Assembly (NCBI GenBank): GCA_964016885.1 | Contig: OZ024748.1 | Location: 9,114,001 to 9,178,000, forward strand | DNA length: 64,000 nt | Reading direction: 5' to 3' | Origin: Eledone cirrhosa | Taxonomy: Eukaryota | Part shown: positions 45,795 through 60,069 of the stretch, one piece after another | Layout of the letters: every line of letters starts with the position of its first letter | Position numbering within the stretch: the first letter of the stretch is position 1 | The notes under the pieces: model-generated | Database searches by the model: none | Told to the model about the DNA's origin: nothing | What the model saw: only the letters and a program-made list of their open reading frames with translations | Position numbers and translations under genes: made by a program

Positions 45795-46240
45795 TAGTAG
45801 TAGTAGTACCACTACTACTACTACCACCACCAACACTATCACTACTACCACTACCACTACTACTACCACCACCACCACTATCACTACTACCACTACCACT
45901 ACTACTACCACTACCACTACTACTACCACCACCACCACTATCACTACTACCACTACCACTACTACTACCACCACCACCACTATCACTACTACTACTACTA
46001 CTACTACCACCACTACTATCACTACTACTACTATTACTACCACCACCACCACTATCACTACTACTATCACTACTACCACCACCACTATCACTACTACTAC
46101 TACTATTACTACTACCACGACCACTATCACTACTACTACTACTATTACTACCACCACCACCACTATCACTACTACTATCACTACTACCACCACCACTATC
46201 ATTACTACTACTACTATTACTACTACCACCACTACTATGG
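45795..46240. repeat. (ACT/ACC)n field
   Basis: Seen directly. Confidence 0.9.
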
Positions 46241-46556
46241 CACCTTCCAACGTTGTACAATATTACGGTCCTCGTTCCGTTAAGTGAAGACTGACCTTTA
46301 AGTATCTCCGTCAGATCTTTACCTTCTTTTCTTTCGTTCATCCTATCTTCCCTTCTTTCTTTCCTTCTTTCTTTCTGCCTGTCTTGCTTTACTTTCTTAT
46401 CTCACTTCTGATTTACACTATTAATTACAATTTTCTTGCTATCTCATCGTTTATCTACCTTTCTCTTTCTAGATTTTATTTTATGCCAAGCACACATAGA
46501 CATATACGAAATTCCATGCACACACACTCATTCACACACACACACACACACACACA

Positions 46557-46597
<41 letters not shown>

Positions 46598-46634
46598 ACA
46601 TATATATATGATGTTCACATTTGATTTCACTAAA

Positions 46635-46690
<56 letters not shown>

Positions 46691-46749
46691 CTCATATATA
46701 TATATATACATATATATATATACACATATATGTTTACATATATATACAT

Positions 46750-46996
<247 letters not shown>

Positions 46997-47251
46997 CCTA
47001 TTAAATACCGATTATGTAAAACACCAAAATATTACATTAAAGTAATGCAATTTGAAATCCTACTTCATGTGAATCTTGTGGTAAGTTACAAACATGTTTT
47101 TGGTTACAAACATGTTTTTGTAGCTCACGCACAATCTACATTAATAAATATACAGCAGAGAATGCATAAATAAATAAATACATATATACATAAACACATA
47201 AACACATATATTAAGTAGATATAAAAGACTCTCACACAAGCACACACACTC

Positions 47252-47349
<98 letters not shown>

Positions 47350-47409
47350 AAGAAAGAGAGAGAGGTGGACTTACATTCACGTGTATATATATATATATAT
47401 AGTAATAAT

Positions 47410-47496
47410 AATTACCAAGATCCGAAAAGGGCTCAGTTTAAGAAGATCCCGTAATAGGTTGAAAGCAGAAATTCTTTGCTGAAACTTTAATCTGTA

Positions 47497-47500
<4 letters not shown>
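47410..47500 (+). mobile_element. Family F relative, non-palindromic hammerhead remnant; continues at 47890-47980
   Basis: AGTTT-aaGAAGA-TCCCgtaataGGTT-GAAA-GCAG..TTGC-TG/AAACT; matches the right arm of 36802-36928 and retains the 5' strand of stem I. Confidence 0.7.
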
Positions 47501-47549
<49 letters not shown>

Positions 47550-47557
47550 TGATATAT

Positions 47558-47867
47558 CTATCTATCTAAGGCGGGTAAAATTCCCGAGATCCATGGACGA
47601 GTTCTCTCCAGCGGTCTCTGTCCCTCATTATCGCTGCCATATCCTGCATCTCCAACAGACCAGTGTCTGTCCTTAGGGCATCAACATACGTTAACCTTGG
47701 TCTTCCTCTTCTAGTGTGTCCATGTAGGGGCTCCCAAAGGAGTACTGAGTGCAATGTCAACTCTGGATGTCGGTGAGCATGTCCAGCTAACCTCAGTCTC
47801 CTCTGTGTCACTTTTGAGCTGACTTTTGGGATGCTCCCATACAGCACTGAGTTTTTCATCCTCAGTG
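47558..47867 (-). mobile_element. 5'-truncated RTE/RTEX-clade LINE 3' end with 13-bp target-site duplication
   Basis: RRLRLAGHAHR..RRGRPRLTYVDALRTDTG..MRDRDRWR; (GATA)n tail; TATACTGATATAT at 47545-47557 and 47868-47880. Confidence 0.9.
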
Positions 47868-47889
47868 TATACTGATATATGTATATATA

Positions 47890-47980
47890 TATTTATTAAT
47901 ATATTGAATATTTACTCCAATTAACTGTTGAGTGCTCTATATCAGTTATAAACTTTTAATTAAATATAACTTCTGCATAT
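47890..47980 (+). mobile_element. PLE-type tail with bulged hairpin
   Basis: ACTC(47914)..TT-GAGT(47930)-GCT; homologous to 51581-51680. Confidence 0.75.
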
Positions 47981-48120
47981 ATATATATCATTATATACGT
48001 GTATACATCGTCACTGAAAGCTCCGTATATCCAGTGGAGGCAACCATTGGAAGATAACTCAACCATTTACTTCGACATTGGTAACATTAGTAGCACATAT
48101 AAAATATTATTTTATGTCTA

Positions 48121-48238
48121 CAGTTCAAATCCCGCCGAGGTTAACTTTGCCTTTCATCCTTACAGGGTCGATAAAATAAAGTACCAGTAATACACTGAGA
48201 TAATTGATGGCCTTGTGCCAAAAGTAGAAACAATTATT
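48121..48238 (+). mobile_element. SINE with Deu/Nin-like domain (partial)
   Basis: GTTCAAATCCCGCCGAGGTTAACTTTGCCTTTCATCCTTACAGGGTCGATAAAATAAAGTACCAG. Confidence 0.8.
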
Positions 48239-48244
48239 CTATGT

Positions 48245-48745
48245 CTACTGTATACTCGGCATCGCTGTTTTGCTAGAAAACTCGCTATCTTCAACTCGGT
48301 TTTCGTGCCAACCCTTACCTATGACCATGAATCTTGGGTAATTACAGAAAGAATACGATCACAAAGACAAGCGGCCGAAATGGGGTTCCTCCGAAAGTCC
48401 TTTGGAGTAATGTTACTCGATAAAGTGCGTAGCTCGGAGATCAGAAAGTCTCTCCAGGTAGAACTGCTACTTCTCTGGATTGAGAGATCACAGCTCCGAT
48501 ACTATGGACATGTGGTTAGAATGTCTCAGGAAAGAATCTCTGGATTGAGAGATCACAGCTCCGATACTATGGACATGTGGTTAGAATGTCTCAGGAAAGA
48601 ATCACTGGACAGATTTTACGGGCAAAACTGACCGGCAGGAGAACTAGGGGTAGACCCTGAACAAAATGGTCGGATAACATCCATGAGCTTGGCTGGTCTC
48701 GCTTGGAGATCCAGCCGGATCAGTTGGTGACGGCTGCCTCTGACA
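48245..48745 (+). pseudogene. RTE-clade (Expander/Rex3-like) LINE ORF C-terminal fragment with internal 65-bp tandem duplication
   Basis: KLAIFNSVFVPTLTYDHESWVITERIRSQ.QAAEMGFLR..DKVRSSEIR..IERSQLRYYGHVVRM, later TGRRTRGRP; duplication 48472-48536 / 48537-48601. Confidence 0.9.
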
Positions 48746-49879
48746 CAGCCCCTCTAGTCACACACAGTGCACCCCACACAGCCCCTACTTTCACTCGTAA
48801 GGTGTGTGAGGTGACAGTAAATGTCATTTACCTAAAATGTCAGTGGAATCGAACCCGAGACAAGATAATTAAGATTCGAATGTCTTAGTCATTCTCTGGT
48901 TACGTCCATTCAATCTTTAATAGCTTCCTCTCCGTCACCACAAAACAACATGGCTTTCTTCTTTGTTTATTTGTATATTTACTGGTTTGTTCTCCACCTC
49001 AGTTTTAATATCCTAAAATCAAAATACCTTAAAACTATAATATCTTCCTTCTAAAGAAATTAAAAATTGCCTTTTAATTATAAATTATTTACTTTCACAT
49101 AAAAGATTTTTGGTCGAGCTGATCGGATTTATTTGAATGTATTTCACAATCAAACTAATAGTGGCTTATGGATTTAACAATATCTTCTGACCACACACAC
49201 CACCACCACACACCACCAGCACCACATACCACCACACACCACACACCACCACACCACCACACACCACCACACACCACCGCCACATTTACATGAGCGGAAA
49301 CCGTCAGAGAAAATGACTGCAAGGGAACTACATTGCAACCTTCTCTCTCTAATTATTGACCATCAAACCACTACCGTAGTTACAGGATTGTAATTAATTA
49401 CAAAACGATTCTTATTCATTAAAACAAGAGAGAATTTAGACTTTTGATGTTATATCTGCGTAATTCTAGTTTAGAAATAGTGAGAGGAAGAGAAGCAAGC
49501 GGTTCGTTTCTCCGACAAATAATTTTAATAGTGCAGAAGGAAAACTTTAGTTTTCAATACTAAAAAACCTATCTAGATAGCGTGTAAATACAATTTAATT
49601 GTTCCAACTCCCTGTTCCTCTGCTTACGTAGTAATCAGTAGCCTGATAAATGTAAATTACAGGTAATCTCTCAAAGACTTTAAAGCTTCTGCATTAATAT
49701 ATATGTTAGATGCATATAATAAGCAACTGTCAGCGGACGTACACACACACACATACACACACACACACATACACTTATATATATATATATATATGTGTAT
49801 GTATGTATATATGTATATAAACATGTGTATGTGTGTGTATGTAATATATATATATATATATATATGTATGTATATATAT

Positions 49880-50371
<492 letters not shown>

Positions 50372-50642
50372 GTGTATAATATTTATATATATATATATAA
50401 CTTATATACACTTGCCCCTGTTTTATTCTTTCATTGTTTGATATTGGTTAGAGAGAATTTTGAATAAAATTATTGTAATTGATTTAAATGAATGTAAAAT
50501 GAAATACTTGGGGGGCCGGGGTGACATGAGAGGGAGAAGGTCAAGGGAAGTCGAGGATTCAAGAATCTTTTCATAGAATGTTGCAAACGATGAATATTGA
50601 TATTAAATACTTTTACTATAAATAAACCCCAAATACTATACT

Positions 50643-50712
<70 letters not shown>

Positions 50713-50716
<4 letters not shown>

Positions 50717-51050
50717 AGATTTTCCTTCTTTCTCACATCTCACTGACAGCGAAAGGTCTGTTTCCTACACGCTCATGAATTCACCCAGTTTATACTCATC
50801 GAATAACCATGTTGCTTGTTTTTTCTTCCCATCTTCGGTTAGCCTTCCCTTCGTGTTGTTTACTTGTCTCACTCGCTTTACGCGTTTCACTTGTCCCAAT
50901 AACTTATTTTAGTTATTGCTCGCACCAACGTGAGGTATATGATTTTTAATGCGATGAAATACTAATGATCGTTGGCAAATCACTGATGAGGGACTAATTT
51001 TATAACATGTAATCCATGTGCAACCATGCAGTATTCTTCTATATATTTTT
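50713..51050 (+). mobile_element. Diverged homologue of the 35923-36597 element
   Basis: Shared CCCAATAACT..AGTTATTG hairpin, GAGGTATAT, GAAATA and ACTGATGAGG in the same order; (TA)n on both sides. Confidence 0.7.
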
Positions 51051-51074
51051 CATATATATATATATATATATATA

Positions 51075-51410
51075 TCTTAAGGTTTGTTGGTTCACCACTG
51101 GATAGAACTGGTCATTCCGTATGGTCAATCCTGGTGTAATATTGTGAAGAGTGCTCAACTCAGTGCAGTTCACCCATCTTCGTTTGTGTAGTTGGTGGTG
51201 CGAATACGGAGTTAATTATAAATGAAGTAACTTCTCTGTCCCTGGTTTCTCGGACCCATGGTTTTTCGGACTCATGGCTTTTTACATATTCCTTTGTTAT
51301 ATTCCAATACCTGATGATATCACCGGATTCATATGGAACCCGGTCATTGAAATGATCATAGTATAATAAACCTTTCAAGGATTTACACCAGTCCAGCCTC
51401 TTGTTACTGC
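51075..51410 (-). mobile_element. Degenerate hammerhead / PLE tail (family G)
   Basis: Minus strand: gcCATGA-GTCC..GAAAC-CAGG-GAC; ACTC(51209-12)..TT-GAGC-ACT(51150-56); TA-flanked. Confidence 0.5.
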
Positions 51411-51512
51411 ATATATATATATATATACATGGGATAACAAGTTATGAAACAATTGTTAATACCTAAAATAAAGCCCCTTGTTGTACAGCCAACCATATTA
51501 CTCTTCATTCTT

Positions 51513-51580
<68 letters not shown>

Positions 51581-51583
<3 letters not shown>

Positions 51584-51676
51584 TTGAATATTTACTCCAG
51601 AAAACTGTCGAGTGCTCTGAATCAGTTATAAACACTTATATTTGTTGAATTTCCAACAAATTAAATATCCCTTCTG

Positions 51677-51680
<4 letters not shown>
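51581..51680 (+). mobile_element. Tail-only insertion with bulged hairpin in (TA)n
   Basis: ACTC-CAG-aaaa-CTG-TC-GAGT-GCT at 51594-51616. Confidence 0.75.
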
Positions 51681-51716
<36 letters not shown>

Positions 51717-51734
51717 TATATACCATAGCATAGT

Positions 51735-52030
51735 AACAACACTACACTACATTGCACTATACTAAATTACATTACACTACACTACATTACATAACAGTAT
51801 ACTTCACTACACACTACACTACACCACACTACGTTACACCACACTACACACTACACTACACTTTACACTACACTAAATTACACTACATTACATTACACCA
51901 CACCACACTACACTACACTATACTACACCACACTACACTACACCACACTACACTACACTACACCACACTACACTACACCACACTACACTACACTACACTA
52001 CACCACACTACACTACACTATACTATACTA
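51735..52030. repeat. (ACACT)n pentanucleotide array
   Basis: Seen directly. Confidence 0.9.
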
Positions 52031-52464
52031 TTGAATGCCATTATCTTAACTCTGTGTTTTTACGAAACAATGTACCCAATATATTGATACAATAAACAGA
52101 GTTACAAGTTCCTCAAAATAATACAAATTACGTTGAAACATTGTAAAATATATTTGCTAGACCACTTTTATAGAGTAATGTTTAAAGTGTTCCTTACTTG
52201 ATAGGCAGTGCTGAAATGGAGAGATCTAAAATAATACAGTTATATAATCAGATATATAAAGACCCACAGCAATGTTATATAACTGCTATGATGTTAATGG
52301 AACCTATATTTTCTTATTCTCAGATCTACTTCACATGAAGCTACTTTAATATTTATCTCAGGCATTTTTCTTTGTTAAAGTCTCATGAAAACAAAATAAT
52401 CACAGAAACAGTCTTTTGGAACATTGATACATCACAATTTGTCTAGTTTTGTAAATTAATGTCT

Positions 52465-52810
52465 ATATATTATTAACATATATATATTATATATACGTAT
52501 GTATATGTGTATATATTGATATAGTATTGTTAGCATATATATTATATGTACGTGTGTATATATGTTTATATATATTGATATAGTATTGTCAACATATATA
52601 TATTATATATACGTATGTATATGAGTATATATTGATATAATATTGTTAACATATATATTATATATACGTGTGTATATATGTATATATATTGATATAGTAT
52701 TGTCAACATATATATTATATTATATGTACGTGTGTATATATGTATATCTCAACATAGTATTGTTAACATATATATTATATATATGTGTGTATAAATGTAT
52801 ATATATAGTA
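52465..52810. repeat. ~55-60-bp AT-rich minisatellite
   Basis: ATTGATATAGTATTGTYAACATATATATTATATATACGT units. Confidence 0.85.
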
Positions 52811-53794
52811 TATAGATTATATATGTATATATTATATATATATGTGTGTGAGTTTTTGTGTGTTTGTATGTTTCTAATTGTTTTGATGTTTGATAATTTC
52901 TTATATGTTTTAAGATGTATATTTTAATATTAGATACCCGCCATCTAATATCAACTGCAGGCAGTTATCACGATTAAATGCTACAAGAAAAGAGAAAAAA
53001 AAGACACGTTTTAAAATGATTTATTTAAGTTGAACCAAATCTAACTTCCAATATCTTTAATGAAAACTTAAATTATTGCAACAATCAAAACGAAAGTTTA
53101 GATTTTTTCCTTCTTTACCAAGAAGCATATTTATGATTATAATATAATCAATATTTCAACGACATGAGTTCATTTAACTATTTAATTAATTTCAATAAAT
53201 ATATTCTGGAACAAATACTAAACAGAAATTCTAATTTTAATGTTTTCCTCCAACTTTAAAAAATATATTAATAACATTAAAATCAAACATTTAGTTTCGG
53301 CAAAGTCAGAAAATTTCATATTATATAAAAATATCCAATTGGACACTTATTCATCAGTGTTTAATTCCCTTTCTCTTCTGCCTCCTTCTACCACACTTGG
53401 TCATACATTTCTCTTTTGTTTGTTGGAGGTTTTAATTGTTTTATTTATTGTTGTTGTTGTTGTTTTTAGTTTTTAATTTGTTGTTTTTTAATTATTTGAT
53501 CAAAGGGGTTTCATATGGTTGGTGATTTATTAGATAAGGTTTTCAACCCAATTTCCCAGACCTATCGGTTCTAATGATACAGTAAGTGGTTTCACACAAG
53601 CAATTGAATATCCAAGTAAAATATCATTTCTGTAAGAATTCTAAGCATTTTGATGGCAGTGGTTATTTCTTAATATATATCTATCTACATATCTATCTAT
53701 CTATCTCTCTCATACGGACAGACAGACAGACATACGTATATGCTTATACACATGTATGTGTGCAACTCGATAAATTCCTTAATATATATATATG

Positions 53795-53962
<168 letters not shown>

Positions 53963-53974
53963 CATATCGGTATG

Positions 53975-54200
53975 TAGATATTTCGTCTCGTTTTATTCGT
54001 TTTGTTTTTGTCCAACGTCCATTGTTGTTTGATCTCGAATATCTGCCGTCCTTTAGATACTATTGATGTCCTGCTGCTGGATGGTCCTGTCGTTGGAAGT
54101 GTCCGAAACTATAATGATCCCCAGAAGACAGCTGATAACCGGAATTTCCGAGTTTGCAGTTTCCTGTTTATGTCTCAGGTAAAGAGAGAGAAAGGTCCCA
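53975..54200 (+). mobile_element. Third, more decayed homologue of the structured-RNA element
   Basis: TATTGATGTCC..GAAACTATAATGATCCCCAGAAGACAGCTGATAA compared with CCCCAGTAGACAACTGATGA. Confidence 0.5.
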
Positions 54201-54326
54201 TGGTTTATGCTTTCTGAGACCTCTGGAATTCAAGCTTTGTTCCCCTTCCCTCGATAGAAACCTCGCCAATCATCTGACAATAACCCCACGGATACTTGGG
54301 CCTAAATTGGCCAAATGTATGTATTT

Positions 54327-54394
<68 letters not shown>

Positions 54395-54522
54395 CATGCA
54401 TGTGTGTGTTTGTGTGACCAAAATCCAGATAGGACTCGATAACGAATGTATATAAATATAAGTATATATAAACTCGGTAGATCAAATATTTATTATTACC
54501 ACATATTGTGTGTATATATATA

Positions 54523-54561
<39 letters not shown>

Positions 54562-54807
54562 CTAATGTTCCACATCTCCCAGTTTCATTTTTTCCACCTT
54601 CCAAGCGACCTTCTTAATATCTCTATGAACATCTCTTTAATTCCTTATCTTCATTTCTCTCCTATCCCAATCCTTCCATTTCTTTCTGCTATATCTATTT
54701 TTTCAAAAATCTCTCTTCTTCATCTCTCTAACTCCTTCTCTTTCCTCTTCATCCATCTCTCTCTTTCTCTGTCTTATCACCTCTTTATTCTCTCTCTCGT
54801 TCTTTCT

Positions 54808-54877
<70 letters not shown>

Positions 54878-55316
54878 AAAACAATCGCTAACACCGTATT
54901 TCCTTCCTCACTGAATGTAAGATATTTTTTTTAATTCTCTTTGATAATTCTCTCAGCGCTGTAGTCATTATTCGGACAATAAAAGCGAGCCCATGTTTAA
55001 TTCTTAGCTTTCTCACATAGTGTTTGTTTAACATAAAAGTTGAGTTGTTCTTTTTGTTGTTTTTTCATACCTTTTTTTTATATTTTCCCCTTCTTACCAT
55101 TTGTTTTGTAAGGTTTTCTAAAAAAAAAAGATTTAAAATTTTTGAAATTTTTCTTTCCAAACATTTCCAACTTTCATTTGACGAGGATTCTGAACAATAA
55201 TTTCAGTGCTAAATTTTGTCAAGAAATTAAAATGGAAGGTGTTTGAAGAGAAAGACGAGAAGAAAGAAAAAAAAATAAAGAAAGAAATATAGATGAAGGG
55301 AAGACTAACAGACACA

Positions 55317-55377
<61 letters not shown>

Positions 55378-55454
55378 TCCGGTTCGCCTTCCACCCCACT
55401 TCCCGTCTTTCTTATATGATACGTATGTGAGTGTGTGTGTGTGTATGTGTGTGC

Positions 55455-55493
<39 letters not shown>

Positions 55494-55552
55494 CATATAT
55501 ACACATATATACATATATTACATATATATATATATGTATATGTATGTAAATC

Positions 55553-55588
<36 letters not shown>

Positions 55589-55601
55589 TGTATGTATGTG
55601 T

Positions 55602-55658
<57 letters not shown>

Positions 55659-56759
55659 AATGTAGGCGGGTATGTAAGTGTGTGTATGTATGCAAATGCG
55701 CGTTTCCTTTTTCTTTCTCTCTTTCTCTCCGACAATGTCGACCTCTCTGTATATTTTAACCCCACAACCCCACCCCCACTAATTCTAGTTTTCACTTTGT
55801 CGATCTATAAGCTAGTTAATGAGATGTTGTCTCGTGTCCACACCACACACTGACATACTCACCCGCACCTCCCTCTCTCCTTTCTCTTCTTTACCCTTCC
55901 CCTCTCTCTCTTTCTCCCTCTCTCTCCGTCTCTCCCTCTCTCTCTCCCCCTCTCTCTCGCGCCCTCGCCCCCCCCCCCTCTCTCTCTCAACTATGTTCCA
56001 TATAACGATACAACAGCGAATATATAAAATTTCGCCTTTCACAGAAATCACGCACTTTGTCGTCCGTAAAGAAAACTAGATTGCGAAAAAAAAAATGTAG
56101 TTTCAATATTTTCAGAAAAAAAATCCGTTTGTTAAGAATCGTGATAAGAGAACGTGGATAGAAAACTGGGCTTTATTTTGTTTCTTTCAGATTTTTTTTT
56201 TGTTTCTTTTTTTTGGGTTCTTTTTATTTTTCTTATGAATTAAAAAAATATGAATTTTTAAAAAGAAAATTAGAAATGATCAATCCAGTGGTATAAAATT
56301 GAAAATCTAAAGAAAATGGGAGTTTTGCTCAGTACTTGAAATCTCTTTGTTCTTAGATTCCAAACATCAAAGAATTTCAACATTGATTTTGACAGAAAAA
56401 AAAAAAACATTCATCATTTATGAATCGTGGAAAATAGACAGATTTAAAATAAAATTTGAAAAAAAATTACCTGAAAGTGGGAGGGTGTGGGGAATACTAG
56501 TATGTATGTATATGTTTCTGTGTGTGTGTGTGTGTGAGAGTTCACACTATATTAATGTGTGTGTGTGTGGAATAGAAAGGGAAAAAATAATGCACATATA
56601 TATAATATATACAATGGGTAAAAATGTTGAACTATAGTAAATATATGGCAAGGGTGGAGGTGTTGGGAGTGGTGGTGTGAGTGGGGGGGGGGGCAGAGAC
56701 AATGTGAACTAAAGTAAGAAAGAGAGAGAGCAATGGAAAGAGAAAGAGAGAATAAGGGA

Positions 56760-57240
56760 AAGAGATAGAAGGGGTGGGGGAGAAGTGAGAAACAAAAACT
56801 GGTAAGAAAACTTCTAAACACAAAAGAGAGAGAGAGATTATAAGGGAGAGAGAAAGAGATAATAAGAGAGAGAGAGAGGGAGAGAATAAGAGAGATATAA
56901 TATGGGAGAGGGAGAGAGAAAAAGATAATAAGGGAGAGAGAGATAATAAGAGAGATATAATAAGGGAGAGGGAGAGAGAAAGAGATAATACGGGAGAGAG
57001 AGAGAATAAGAGAGATATAATAAGGGAGAGGGAGAGAGAAAGAGATAAGGGAGAGAGAGAGAATAAGAGAGATATAATAAGGGAGAAGGAGAGAGAAAGA
57101 GATAATAAGAGAGAGAGAGAGAATAAGAGAGATATAATAAGGGAGAGGGAGAGAGAGAGAGGGGGAGAGAAGGGTGTGGGGGAAAGTGAGTGAGAAAAAC
57201 TAGTAAGAAAACTTCTAAACACAAAACTGATAAAAGACAA
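56760..57240. repeat. ~60-bp purine-rich minisatellite
   Basis: GAATAAGAGAGATATAATAAGGGAGAGGGAGAGAGAAAGAGATAA units. Confidence 0.85.
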
Positions 57241-57469
57241 AAGAGTGAGATAAAATATGGTAAACATTAATAGGGGGGGGGGATTTGTGGGGGGGGGGCA
57301 TATAGAGAGAAAAGAAACAGAGAAAATAATCGAAAAGTAATATTGATCAGTTATTGGGTGGTGGGAGGAGGGAGAGAAAGATAAACGACATAAAGGAAGT
57401 GACGGGGACAAAGAGCGTGAGGAGGGCAGGGCAGAGGAGATAAGATCGTGTGAGGGAGGGGGAAGAGGT

Positions 57470-57842
57470 GGAAGAAGAAGAAGAAGAAGAAGAAGAAGAA
57501 GAAGAAGAAGAAGAAGAAGAAGAAGAAGAAGAAGAAGAAGAAGAAGAAGAAGAAGAAGAAGAAGAAGGGGTGATGGGAGGAGAAGGAGGAGGAGGAGGGG
57601 TGGAGAGGAGGAAGAGAAGGAGGAGAGGAGGGGGTAGGAGGGGAAAGAGGATGAGGAGGGGAGAGGAGGAGAGGAGGAGGAGGAGGGGGGGGGAGGAGGG
57701 GAGGAGGAGGAGGGGAGGAGGAGGAGGGGGAGAGGAGGGGGAGGAGGAGGGGAGGAGGAGGAGGGGAGGAGGAGGAGGGGGAGAGGAGGGAGGAGGAGGA
57801 GGAGGAGGAGGAGGAGGAGGAGGAGGAGGAGGAGGAGGAGGA
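57470..57842. repeat. (GAA)n and (GGA)n polypurine tract
   Basis: Seen directly. Confidence 0.95.
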
Positions 57843-58116
57843 TTAAACTCTATTGAGATGACAGAGGAAGAAAAAAAAACAGTGAGAAGAAAGTAAATAA
57901 CAAAAGAGATATAGAGAGAGTAAGAGAGAGGGGGAGGAAGAGAGAGAGAGAGAAAGGAAGAAAGAGTGAGAGGAAGCGAGAGAAAGGTGAGGGGGGAGAA
58001 TGAGGGTAGTAAGGTGATGGATAAGACAAGACCTGAAATATTGTATAAAGGAGTCATGTCATGGCGGGGGGGGGGTCATTTATATTTCATGAATGGAATT
58101 GTTGTTATACTTATTG

Positions 58117-58269
<153 letters not shown>

Positions 58270-58554
58270 GGCTGTCACTCGATAAACCAGCAAACCCTTC
58301 TTGATTGTAACAATGTTTTATTTAATTAAGTAGAAAAGTATACAGATCCCGTAAACGGCCCCTTAAGTCCAGATTTAGGGTAAAAGGTCCCCCGAAACAT
58401 CATTTCTCCATGGTCTGTGTATCCATCTAAAGATATATCTTGTCAATGACTCTTTAAAATCAAGTTGAAAACTTCAAACATCTCATTTCGAATTTAAATC
58501 TTAAAATGAACTAACTTATTAAGACCAATAAAATACACCATTATGTAGAAACAA

Positions 58555-59005
58555 TTATATATATTAAAATATACCAATATATATATTAAAATATACCAAT
58601 ATATATATTAAAATATACCAATATATAAATTAAAATATACCAATATATATATTAAAATATACCAATATATATATTAAAATATACCAATATATATATTAAA
58701 ATATACCAATATATATATTAAAATATACCAATATATATATTAAAATATACCAATATATATATTAAAATATACCAATATATAAATTAAAATATACCAATAT
58801 ATATATTAAAATATACTAATATATACATTAAAATATACCAATATATAAATTAAAATATACCAATATATATATATTAAAATATACCAATATATATATTAAA
58901 ATATACCAATATATATATTAAAATATACCAATATATATATTAAAATATACCAATATATATATTAAAATACCCCAATATATATATATTAAAATACCCCAAT
59001 ATATA
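58555..59005. repeat. 21-bp minisatellite (ATATATATTAAAATATACCAAT-type)
   Basis: About 21 tandem units. Confidence 0.95.
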
Positions 59006-59299
59006 TATTTATATATATTTATATATATAGATATATTTAGATATATTTAGATATATAAAGATATATCTAGATAGATATAAGAACTGTAATTTAATTTGGA
59101 TTTGATATTTTTTTTTAATTACATGTATCTATGTTGTTGGTCGTTTCTGTAATATTTGTCCATCGTATAAGACGAGAGCCATTGCTAGAATTAAATGTTA
59201 ATGAGGACGGTAAGTTTGGAAATGAAAGGTCAATCCAATTTGGACGAGGAAACCTCACACCATTTATAGAATATACATAGTTGATAACGAACCTAACAG

Positions 59300-59390
59300 A
59301 GAGCCCTCTATGTGGTCACTCAATTTGTTAGAAATAGCAGCCTAATGCCTTTCAAGTTACAGTTTACAGTCCTGAAAAAGGATACAGACC
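59300..59390 (+). mobile_element. Interspersed repeat fragment (GCTAGAAATAGCAGC family)
   Basis: Similar to 18805-18860. Confidence 0.5.
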
Positions 59391-59573
59391 TTGAAATACA
59401 GATGGGAGTGTCACTGTTGGAAAGTCTTTCGTTATAGTTTCAGCTCTATGGTTGATAATTTACGATTATACAACACCAACATGCAATTCCTACAACCACA
59501 ACAACAGCTGTATAACAACAGCTTTACGACACACCCATATACACACACACACACACACACTCACACACACACT

Positions 59574-59634
<61 letters not shown>

Positions 59635-59785
59635 CTATAGACGTTGGACCCAGAGGCTTTGTGGCTGGAAAATCTGTCTATCATCTCGTGAAAGAACTTA
59701 TTGTCACACTGATCTTGAAGAAATAAATTCAAGCAGGTTGTGTACATTTTATACATTAGGTTCTGGTATGCAATGGCTATGTAGA

Positions 59786-59964
<179 letters not shown>

Positions 59965-60069
59965 TACGTATATATACATATATAACTTGACATGATAACC
60001 TACAAATATACAGATTATAGTCGTATGTGTCTGTTATTATCACGGTGGAATATTACATTTTATATAGTA

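Noticed and set aside
49290-49345. Promoter-like motifs (GCGGAA, GGAACTACA)
   Set aside because: Partial matches only and no associated gene.
52040-52440. Very decayed PLE RT core (TMYP.NI, SDLL, VFWNID)
   Set aside because: Catalytic motifs are not preserved and multiple frameshifts are needed; it cannot be supported by eye.
58330-58430. Possible small minus-strand exon after CTTTAG
   Set aside because: The peptide is not recognisable and there is no clear donor site or partner exons.
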